64,000 bases of DNA, from NCBI GenBank assembly GCA_951406725.2, contig OX597827.1:2666001-2730000 (forward strand). The letters run 5' to 3'. Below are positions 1-13,986 of the stretch, in pieces. The translations under genes and the position numbers were made by a program. The notes below the pieces were generated by a model, which saw only the letters and a program-made list of their open reading frames with translations, had not been told where the DNA came from and searched no databases. How positions within the stretch are numbered: position 1 is the stretch's first letter; each line of letters opens with the position of its first letter. The stretch is from Octopus vulgaris. Lineage: Eukaryota.

Positions 1-1427
1 GGAAAATTAGGTTCTTCATTTTCGAAAATTAAAAATTTAAATGTATCCTTGGTAAACTGTGGATGTACGTCGTTGACATCCATTACTTGGATGGAAAAAT
101 TCTTAGTTGTTCGCAAAGGAGGAGTCCCGTTGTCTTGGCATGTAATCGTAAAATGTAGAAAATTATCAATTTCTCGATCAATGTGGCTTTTTATGACAAT
201 TTTATATTTCATCTTTCCTAGACTTTGAAGTTGGAGTTTATCGTGCTCGAGTTCACAACTCACTTCTCCATTCTGACCAATATCATTGTCTGTAACCTTG
301 ACATAAGCAATAAAGCTGTTAACTTTGACCCCTTCAAAAATGGAGGCTACATCATTGGTAGTAAGAGAAATGAAGTTGATATCTATATCAGGAGCATTGT
401 TTTGTTGGTTGATGACATTCACAAGTACTATAGCTGTTGAACTGAGTGGCGGTATACCCTCGTCGCGGGCCTCAATCAACAGCTTGTAACTTTTCTTAGG
501 TTCTGTGAAGAACTTTTGATGTAAAAAAAGTTCTCCTGATGTTTTATTCAGCTCAAAATAAGATATGTCCAGAGCTGATGACTTGGTGCTGAAATAATAC
601 GATATTCGTCCATTTTTCCCGGAATCCAAGTCTTTTGCCGACAGTATAACTACAGGTATGTATATCAAGTGGCCGTTGTTTACTGTAATGTTATAGATAT
701 TCTGGCTAAAAACTGGTCTGTTATCATTGATATCGGCGACTGATATAGAAACATCTAATACGCAGGGCAGCCCACCATCATTGGCTACCACTTGTACATG
801 ATAAGAATCTTTAAGCTCTCTATCTAGTTTCTCTTCCAAAACGATTCCGAGTTCAGTAGAACCATCGTGTTTCCTAGAAACAGACAATGTAAATGGCTCC
901 GACATTTCCTTTCTCAGCCGATATTTCAACTGAGAATTCAAGATGCCAACATCTCTGTCAATGGCATTTGGAATAAACTTCGTCGTACCCTTCATATCAC
1001 TTTCTGAAAATTCCAAATGAAATTCTTTACTCTGAAAGTCTGGTCTGTTATCGTTAACATCTTTTATAATAATTTTAATTTCTAAAATCTTCACAAACGA
1101 TTCCCTATTTCTCACAGCCACTTCGACCATCCTGAAACATTCGGTGTTGTATTTACAAAGGGACTCAGCATCTAATACCTGAGCAGTATAAAGTTTCCCA
1201 CTTTTGGAAATATTAAATAATTTTGAGCTGCTCTCATTTCCTTTCTGGAGCTGTTGAAACCAAAACAAACTGTGATCCTTCAAAGGAACACCATTCACTA
1301 AATGTGTGTCGGCAGCAATATCACCAATATAGCTCCCGGGGTTCTGACCTTCTTCTACATAATATGTCAAATCTATGCATAAAGATGCCTGTAGCAAAAG
1401 GAGAAATGCATAGATTTTTATCAGCAT
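1..1427 (-). CDS. Protocadherin (cephalopod-type), 5' part of the large ectodomain exon; continues beyond the window start
   Basis: Manual minus-strand translation from ATG 1427 is open to base 1: MLIKIYAFLLLLQASLC (signal peptide) IDLTYYVEEGQNPGSYIGDIAAD...LDAESLCKYNTECF (EC1 Cys-X5-Cys)...IKDVNDNRPDF...AIDRDVG...LDRE...DINDNRPVF...AKDLDSGKNG...VTDNDIGQNG...IDRE...QDNGTPPL...MDVNDVHPQF...FENEEPNF. Cadherin DxNDN, DxD and DRE motifs recur about every 105-110 aa with no intron. Confidence 0.96.
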   Translation of the reverse strand, partial: MLIKIYAFLLLLQASLCIDLTYYVEEGQNPGSYIGDIAADTHLVNGVPLKDHSLFWFQQLQKGNESSSKLFNISKSGKLYTAQVLDAESLCKYNTECFRMVEVAVRNRESFVKILEIKIIIKDVNDNRPDFQSKEFHLEFSESDMKGTTKFIPNAIDRDVGILNSQLKYRLRKEMSEPFTLSVSRKHDGSTELGIVLEEKLDRELKDSYHVQVVANDGGLPCVLDVSISVADINDNRPVFSQNIYNITVNNGHLIYIPVVILSAKDLDSGKNGRISYYFSTKSSALDISYFELNKTSGELFLHQKFFTEPKKSYKLLIEARDEGIPPLSSTAIVLVNVINQQNNAPDIDINFISLTTNDVASIFEGVKVNSFIAYVKVTDNDIGQNGEVSCELEHDKLQLQSLGKMKYKIVIKSHIDREIDNFLHFTITCQDNGTPPLRTTKNFSIQVMDVNDVHPQFTKDTFKFLIFENEEPNF

Positions 1428-1447
1428 GTTCTTATCCGGAAATAATG

Positions 1448-1498
1448 TCACAAAAACATTGACATAAATTCCAACAAGGACTGTTTTAGATTTCGCAT
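1448..1498 (-). other. Out-of-frame upstream ORF in the protocadherin 5' leader (MRNLKQSLLEFMSMFL*)
   Basis: ATG at 1498-1496 and TGA at 1450-1448, with three in-frame ATGs; ends 20 nt before the main ATG. Confidence 0.55.
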
Positions 1499-1509
1499 GG
1501 ATGCCTGAT

Positions 1510-1530
1510 CTGAAAGTAGAAAAAAAAAAG
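1510..1530 (-). promoter_or_regulatory. 3' splice acceptor of the protocadherin coding exon (exon starts at 1509)
   Basis: Minus strand reads a T-rich tract ending ...TTTTTCTACTTTCAG|ATCAGGC, 82 nt upstream of the ATG: polypyrimidine tract plus CAG. Confidence 0.8.
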
Positions 1531-1535
1531 TAAAA

Positions 1536-2280
<745 letters not shown>

Positions 2281-2749
2281 TAAATGAATTTATAAATAAA
2301 TGATTGAAGAAATAAACTATTTTGACATTTTTACATAATATTTATTTCTTTAAAATTTTTAATTTTATCAAAAGAACTCTATTTCTGCAGGTATTTTTCG
2401 AAACAATGTAATTTTTAAAAAAAGATAAATACAGTTTCTTTTTTTCCTTTTTTTTTCTTTTGTAAGTATATTTTTCTTTTGTTTTTCACTGTTTTCCTGT
2501 ATTATCAAGTTTATTTTCAAGTTCCTGATATTCAGGCATGAAATTGCATTTAACTTGTTCCTGGCTAAAAATATATGAAATAAAAATCTTAAATTTAAAA
2601 AAAAAAAAAAAAAACGCAATACTAAAATAAAAATGATAATAAAAGGAACTCAATATGCAAGAAAACAGAAAGAATGTAAGAATTATTTCTAAAATATAAA
2701 TAACCACCGTGAAATTTTCTCCAACGCCCTCTGAAAACTACTTACAAGA

Positions 2750-6430
<3,681 letters not shown>

Positions 6431-6686
6431 GAGGAATCTCTTTAAAATTTAACATTATTATAGAATGGTTTGTTACCAGCGTCACCAGAAGATATGTTGT
6501 GATTGTTTTAACAAATCTTCAATTCTTGAAGTCTGTGGAAATTCACCTTTTATCTGCGCTGAATCTCACTTTTAGCCATATTTTCATCCATATTCTCATC
6601 TATCTTCAAGTCTTTTTTCAATTTCTATTGTTTTATTGTTGTATTTCTGTTCTTGCCAAATAAAAAAATGATTAACCCTTTGAGCA

Positions 6687-6870
6687 AGCGTGTACGTTTC
6701 GTTTGACTATAATATACACCTGGAAGACGCAAGCGCGGGCAGTCACATGGTTTATCCTTACGGTTCGCTGATTGGCAGAAACATGATTATTTTCAGACAT
6801 AAACACAAAACTATGTGATCACCCGCTTTTGCGTCTTCCAAGAGGATCATCAAGCGAAAACGTGTCCGCT
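6687..6870. mobile_element. Degenerate palindromic MITE-like element
   Basis: Arms AGCGTGTACGTTTCGTTTGA...TGGAAGACGCAAGCGCGGGCAGTCACATGGTTT and AAACTATGTGATCACCCGCTTTTGCGTCTTCCA...TCAAGCGAAAACGTGTCCGCT are imperfect reverse complements; no TSD resolved. Confidence 0.5.
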
Positions 6871-7560
6871 AAAGCGTAGCTGCAGATTCAAGGTGTTGTT
6901 GCTAGAATATTGGCGAAGTCCCAAACGCCAAGTCACTGTTTAGGAATTGAGCTTGATTCACGATATGCAAACGTAAAAATGACTGTAAACACTAAAACAG
7001 GATTTTGTCATGGATATTTAACGTCAGTAAGCGACTAGCCAATCAGGTCTTTGGGAGATACCTTACGAACATCTTTTCATGTAGTAGTTGGGCTGATCGG
7101 CAAATATGCAATAGAACCAGCAGATGTGTAACTCATTAGAATACCTGTTGCAATAACATTGTCATTGACGATTTTGTCTTTGGCGCCTTTCTTTGATAGA
7201 ACTTTAGGTAATATATAAATCGTTCGTCTGGCAAACCACCTGTAGTCATGACATTTAAAGTCAACTCTCTGCTGGAACCTACGCCACTAATCTTCGGTTA
7301 CAGAAATCGACAACTATAACCCACTGTCATTGCTGACACACACTTCTCTCACGGACACATCTGAAGAAAATCACTCGGTGTAAACATCTCTTCCTGTTGT
7401 CGTAGCCTGTCATTACCGAGTAAACATGCCTTTAAGACACTCTGCTTTAATGACACACCAAATGTCACTAAAATTCTATCTGCAAATATTAAAATATTAA
7501 AGGTTACACTTAAAACTAAATTTAATATGAAAGACAAATATAGCGTTCTTATTTTCACTG

Positions 7561-7901
7561 TAAAGGGTAAAGACCCCCCTTCGGTCATGAATGACCATGG
7601 GATTGCACCTAGAAAGTTACCCTCCTAGACACAAGTCCGGGCAAGGTTGTTTATGGAAGACCAGCAGTCGCCCATGCATACCAGCCTCCCCTCTCCACGC
7701 CACCAGTGTTATCCAAGGGAAAGACAAAGGTCGATACAGCTTGGCACCAGTGACGTCGCAACTCATTTCTACAGCTGAGTGAACTGGAGCAACGGGAAAT
7801 AAAGTGTCTTGCTCAAGAACACAACACGCAGCCCGGTCCGGGATTCGAGCTCACAACCTCACGATCGTAAGCTCGACGCTCTAACCACTGAGCCATGCGC
7901 C
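7561..7901 (-). mobile_element. tRNA(Arg-like)-headed CORE-type SINE, family C, full length
   Basis: A box TGGCTCAGTGG, B-box-like GCTCGAATCC, CORE-like TTGAGCAAGACACTTTATTTCCCGTTGCTCCAGTTCACTCAGCTGTAGAAATGAG. Highly similar copy at 39979-40310(+). Resemblance to the described octopus OR SINEs is from memory and unverified. Confidence 0.85.
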
Positions 7902-8029
7902 TGTACATATAACATAAATGCATAACTTTTATCTTTTACCTGTTTTAGCCATTGGACTACAGCTATGCTGGGGCAAAGCTTTTAATCAAACAAATCAACC
8001 CCAGAACTTATCTTTTTAAAAGCCTTCTA

Positions 8030-8520
8030 AATGTCTTCTGCTATAGCCTTGGACCGACCAAAACCTTGGGAGTGGATTTTGTAGACGGAAACTGAAAGAA
8101 GCGCGTCGTATGTGTGTGTCTGTGTTTGTCTCCCCACCATCGCTTGACAACCGATGCTGGTGTGTTTACGTCCCCTTAACTTACCGGTTCGGTAAAAAAG
8201 ACCCGCTAGGATAAGTTCTAGGCTTACAAAGAATAAGTCCTGGGGTCGATTAGTTCGACTAAAGGCGATGCTCCAGTATGGCCGCAGTCAAATAACTGAA
8301 ACAAATTAAAGAAAAGAAAAACAAAAATATATTTGTTCTTTTTTGTCACCGCACCACCACTTGACAACCGGTGTTGGTGTGTTTACGTCCTCGTAACATA
8401 GTGGTTCGGCAAAAGAGATCGGTAGAATAAGTACCAGGTTTAATAAAAAAATAAGTACTAGTATTTATTCATTCGACCAAAAATTCTTGGCCACAGTCTA
8501 ATGACTGAAACAAGCAAAAG

Positions 8521-8558
<38 letters not shown>

Positions 8559-9115
8559 ATATATATATGTGTATATATGCCATCGACTTCTTCCTGTTTC
8601 CGTCTATCAAGTCCACTCATAAGGCCCAAGGCTATTGTAGACGACACATGCCCAAGGTGCCACATAGTAGGACTGAACCCGGAACCACGTGGTTTGGAAG
8701 CAAGTTTCTTACCATACAGCCACACCTCCGCCTATATGAATGCTTTATGAATACATACATATGTATGTATTCCAAAAGCACGTTGTTTCGGGTTCTGTCG
8801 CACTGCTCGGCATCTTGATCAAGTGTCTTCCGCCATGCTGTGTGCTCGAATTTGATAGACGGTATCATGTTGTAGGAGCCAGCTGCATTTGTGTGTGTGT
8901 GTGTCTATGTTTTACAAACCTCTCACTACTTGACAACCGGTATTAGTTTGTTTACGTCCCTGTCACTTAATGTTTCGGCCTATGAGACCGATAAAATGAA
9001 TATCTCCCTTAAAAACAAAAACAAAACGTAAAGTTCTGGGATAGATTTGTTCGACTAAAACCCCTTCAAGGTGGTGCTCCAGCATGACCTCAGTCTAATG
9101 ACTGAAACAAAAAGA
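8030..9115. mobile_element. Cluster of partial family B SINE copies in both orientations
   Basis: Repeated blocks TTGACAACCGxTG..GGTGTGTTTACGTCC, GACGGAAAC.GAAAGAAG and ATGACTGAAACAA match the full copies at 51742-52187 and 55059-55453. Confidence 0.8.
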
Positions 9116-9883
9116 CACGATATGCTAACAAAAGCAAAAAATAAAAATGGAAGACGGGATGGTCATGCTTGGAATATCATTCATCGTAGGCTTGTTTGAT
9201 CAAAACTGGCCTACAGCTATAATTACAAGAATAACATTTGAACCGCAATGATTTCAGCTTAAATTCTGATTAACACTTCCTTTTGAAATAATTACTTCTA
9301 TATGAAACATGGCCTCTATCGATAATAACAATGGTTATAATCATAGAACTAATTTGTATCTCCACCCACGATCTTTAAGCATAGCTTTAAGGAGTCTATT
9401 ATGTATCTACACACTTACACACAAACTTACATTGTGACTATTCATGCAAACACCTGACAAATTCAAGTAAATATCCAAAAATTGTACAAACATTTAATAA
9501 ACGCTCTCACGAAGAAATTTCATTTAATATTTATTTTTTTTACGAGAAAATTATTGTTTATAGTTTGTTTTCCGGGTCATTAACCTTAATTTTTATCTCT
9601 CATCTGATACATTATATTTTGTTACTATATTCTGCTACTGTTATGACAAGTTTCTTCTTTTTTATTTTTTTCTGGAAGGTGCCTTGAAAGCCAACGTTTT
9701 TAAGATTATTATCCTTTTAGCCAACAGATTTTAATCAGTGTAGTATTATATTGGAAGAGTTGTGAGCTTATGAAGTAGGGTGGAAATTATCACGAGGGAA
9801 CTACAAGAGCTGATAACTGTTTAGAAAGGGTCGTAATTTTTCTTAGAAATACAAAATTTAAACCAGGTTAAACACCTATAGAC

Positions 9884-10312
9884 ATGTGTATCATACTGAA
9901 AGAAAATAAGGCAAATTTACTACGATGTTCGTCCGCAGATATCACTTATGAATGTGGTGGGTTCAACAACACAATATATATCGGAGGGAGAAACTGGTCC
10001 ATTATATATTGTGCTCTTAAACACAGCACGTTGGAAAGAGATATTACCACTGGAAGAAGAATAAGTCAGTTAATTTTCCTTTCACGAATATATTCACAAG
10101 TCGCCATGTCGAATCGCTAGCTTCTGCATGCATTTTTTTCTCTCCTTGTTTCTCTCCGTGTTTCTTTTCTGTGTATCTTTCTGTTGAAGAGCGTAGGCTC
10201 GAAACGTAAAAGACTTGTTTTATTTATATTCCTGAGCGCCATACCAATACAATTGTTTGTTTGCATTCCACCTGCCTTCGTCTTTTGTTTATTTTCATAA
10301 AGCTTCCCGTTA
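9884..10312 (+). mobile_element. Penelope-like element (PLE) 3' remnant: decayed GIY-YIG endonuclease followed by a terminal repeat with a hammerhead motif
   Basis: CSSADITYECGGFNNTIYIG; removing a duplicated GGAG at 9983-9990 restores YIGETG. Hammerhead-like motif at 10176-10213; the element ends in (TA)n. A diverged copy of the terminus lies at 63703-63800. Confidence 0.65.
10176..10213 (+). ncRNA. Minimal type I hammerhead-ribozyme-like motif (PLE type)
   Basis: TCTTT-CTGTTGA-A-GAGC(GTAG)GCTC-GAAA-CG-T-A-AAAGA: stem I TCTTT/AAAGA, stem II 4 bp, palindromic ACGT at stem III. The core has U in place of the canonical A6. Confidence 0.65.
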
Positions 10313-10331
10313 TATATACATATATATATAA

Positions 10332-10531
10332 AATCAGAAAAGGAGAGAACCTCAGGTTAACAAACACATCGATTGGACCACATTTATAGTTTTTTTAATA
10401 CAAAACATGACAAGACAAATAGATTTGTTACATCACCTATTAGTTATGTCATGATTTGTATTAAAAAATAAGCTATAAATGTGGTCCAATCGATGGGTTT
10501 GTAAATCTGAGGTTCTCTCCATTTTCTGATT
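10332..10531. repeat. ~200-bp fold-back palindrome
   Basis: AATCAGAAAAGGAGAGAACCTCAG...ATCGATTGGACCACATTTATAG...AATACAAAACATGACA pairs with TGTCATGATTTGTATT...CTATAAATGTGGTCCAATCGAT...CTGAGGTTCTCTCCATTTTCTGATT. Confidence 0.9.
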
Positions 10532-10714
10532 ATTTGTATTTGTTTCTTGATAAACCCTTGTTTACCCTGTTACTACCTGCACCCTACGAGCATAGTAGTG
10601 TGCCTGCACACCAATGCCCGGGGATAATACGAGTAACAGATACCGATAGTACATACTGATATTTTAGCCCTTAACCGGTTTATAACTGCTAACTCTCTCT
10701 CTCTCTTTCTCTCT

Positions 10715-10792
<78 letters not shown>

Positions 10793-11336
10793 AGCGGTTA
10801 TAAATTGTTCGTGTTGTTGTTGGGGTCATTAGAATTTATAAACTTTCGAGAGAATGTGAAATAATTCGTTATTAGAATTGGTTCAGGAAGCACATATATG
10901 CAATGAATAATAGTTTCACATTTCGGCACAAAACCAGCACTTTTTAGAGGAATATGGAAAGTTGATTATATTGAGCCCCAGTGCTCAATTGCTACTTATT
11001 TTATTGACTCCGAAAGGATAAAAGGCAAAGTTGACCCCAGTGAAATTTGAACTCAGAACATAAAGACGGGAGAAATACCGCTAAGCAATTCGCCCGGCGT
11101 GCTAACGATTCTACCTTTGAATTGCAATAAATAATGATATGTAAATATTGGGTTGTAGAATCCTTCAAATTTTTCTAAAACAATAATAAAGTTAAAGTGA
11201 AGGACGAGTATATAGCGAGTGTGTTTCTTTAGCGAAAACTAAAAAAGAAATGATCGACCCGAAATATAACGATATCTCTTTCTATACACGATTTCACACC
11301 AGAAACCTTGCAAAACAAATTCATGAAATTATACGT

Positions 11337-11370
<34 letters not shown>

Positions 11371-11727
11371 TTATATGTACGTTTATGCTATATTGTTTTA
11401 ATTTACCTTATGCGTATTTTATTTTTTTATTTTTGTTTATTGGACAGACATTGGAGTATCTTGCTTAACATGTCATTCTCCAGCGGTCTTTTGATAGAAA
11501 TGTATGTATATGTCTTTGCACGCGCACATATTGATTGAAATACGCACACGCACTCACACATGCGTACAAAACGCACGCGTGCACACACACACACACGTAC
11601 ACATACACACACATACAAACACAAACACACACACAGAAACACACACGAAACCGAAATGAGGATGTATACAATATCACAGGTATTTTTGTCGTTATAACTG
11701 TTAATGATGTTCTTGCTATCACTATCG

Positions 11728-12017
11728 CAGCTGCTGCTGCTGTTGCTACTGCTGCTACTGCTGCTCCTGCTGCTGCTGCTGCTGCTACTGCAGATGATGA
11801 TGATGATGATAATGATGTCGACAACGACGACGATGAGGATTACGGCGACGACGATGACGATGACGATGAACATGTAATTGATGATGATGATGATGATGAT
11901 GGTTGGAGAAGATTATGGTTAATGATGATGATGATGATGATAACGATGATGATGATGATGATGATGATGACAATGATGATGATGATGATGACGATGATGA
12001 TGATGATGATGATGACA

Positions 12018-12059
<42 letters not shown>

Positions 12060-12437
12060 CTGATGATGATGATGATGATGATAATGATGATGATGATGAT
12101 GATGATAATGATGATGATGATAATGATGATGATGATAATGATGATGATGATGATGATGATGATAATGATGAGGATGATGATGATGATGGGGCTGATGATA
12201 ATGATGATGATAATGATGATGAACATGTAATTGATGATGCGTATGATTATGAAGACGACGATAACGATGATGATTATGCTGATGATGACAGTGGTGGTGG
12301 TGGTGGTGGTGGTGGTGGTGGTGGTGGTGAGGTGTGTGATGACATGGTGGTGGTGGTGAGGTGTGTGATGACATGGTGATGCTGTTATTGTTATCACTAA
12401 TTGCTGCTTACACTGTCGACACCCTCACTTCATCCTT

Positions 12438-12488
<51 letters not shown>

Positions 12489-12616
12489 CACCAACTTTAC
12501 GCTTTCACCATCGTCGTTGTCATTCCGAGCTGTCACATGGGTTGCAAAAGGCTACTAGAGTAGTCAACATCATCATCATCAACATCAACACCACCGTCGT
12601 CGTCGTCATCATCATC

Positions 12617-12648
<32 letters not shown>

Positions 12649-12653
12649 CACCC

Positions 12654-12686
<33 letters not shown>

Positions 12687-12689
12687 CCC

Positions 12690-12720
<31 letters not shown>

Positions 12721-13041
12721 CATCATCATCATCATCCTCATCATCATCATCACCCTCATCACTATCATCATCATCATCACCGTCTTTGTCGTCGTCGTCG
12801 TTATCATTCACATAACGATCAATGAACATCATCATTTCCATAATCGTCATAATCGTAATCGTCGTCGTCATAGGCACACACACATCATAATCATCATCGT
12901 CATCATCATCATCGCCACCACCAAATATATCTTCCTCTATTTCCTCATAATCATGTTTCTATACTGCACCCCACCGCCACTTCCACTTCATTTACCTTCT
13001 GTTTCTCATTAACATCATCATTATTACTATCCCTATACATT

Positions 13042-13083
<42 letters not shown>

Positions 13084-13090
13084 GTCTTCG
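11728..13090. repeat. Trinucleotide microsatellite complex: (GCT)n, (GAT)n, (GGT)n, (CT)n, then (CAT)n
   Basis: Direct reading; gives the poly-M/D/H/I ORFs. Confidence 0.95.
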
Positions 13091-13573
13091 TCGCTGCAGT
13101 CATCCCTTTCAAGATGGAGAAAGAAGTTAAAAACAGGGTTTGTGCAAATGACAAAGTCGAAATTTTATTATTAAAATTCTGCCAAAAATGTGGAATGTTT
13201 GTAATATTTAGCGAAGCCAACATTTCAAATTAGGTGCCAAAACCAGTTTCGAAAGATAATTTGACGTTTGTAACTCGATTCATATGGTCAACCTCGCGGC
13301 AGATATCATGGGATTTTAAATTCCAAATGACTGACAATAGAAGATTTTCATATCAGAATTGCTATGAAATTTTCCGGACAATCAAACCTCATTTCAGAAG
13401 TTTTCACCAACGGCCCCCGACTTCTGGCTCACAGACGTACTGTCTCCACTTACACAATTTCTCTCTCTCTCTTTTTTGTTACTGCAATAATGGCGTCTAA
13501 TCCTTGAAGGCGACTGATCTCGAGCCACTACTTACCCACGTCAACTATATTGTGACCCTGCGTCCCTTCTCTT

Positions 13574-13986
13574 CGGCGAGCTGGCAGAAATGTTAGCGCG
13601 CTGGGCGAAATGCGTAGCCGTATTTCGTCTGCAGTTACGTGCTGAGTTCAAATTCCGCCGATGTCGACTTTGCCTTTCATCCTTTCGGGGTCGATAAATT
13701 AAGTACCAATAACGCACTGGGGTCGATATAATCAACTTAATCCCTTTGTCTGTCCTTGTTTGTCCTCTCTGTGTTTAGCCCCTTGTGGGTAGTAAAGAAA
13801 TAGGTATTTCGTCTGTCTTTATGTTCTGAGTTCAAATTCCGCCGAGGTCGACTTTGCCTTTCATCCTTTCGGGGTCGATAAATAAAGTACCAGCTTCGCA
13901 CTGGGGTCGATGAAATCGACTTAATCCTTTTGTCTGTCCTTGTTTGTCCCCTCTATGTTTAGCCCCTTGTGGGCAATAAAGAAATA
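13574..13986 (+). mobile_element. Family A tRNA-headed SINE, head-to-tail dimer (second unit 5'-truncated)
   Basis: GGCGAGCTGGCAGAAA..GTTAGC..., B box GAGTTCAAATTCC, GCCTTTCATCCTTTCGGGGTCGATAAA, tail ...AGCCCCTTGTGGG..TAAAGAAATA. The body repeats from ~13804. Confidence 0.88.

Noticed and set aside
225-1462. Plus-strand ORFs 225-440 and 1223-1462
   Set aside because: Antisense shadows of the protocadherin CDS.
11535-13012. Poly-Asp/Met/His/Ile ORFs resembling acidic biomineralisation or His-rich proteins
   Set aside because: Pure (GAT)n/(CAT)n repeats open in several frames on both strands; no signal peptide or splice support.
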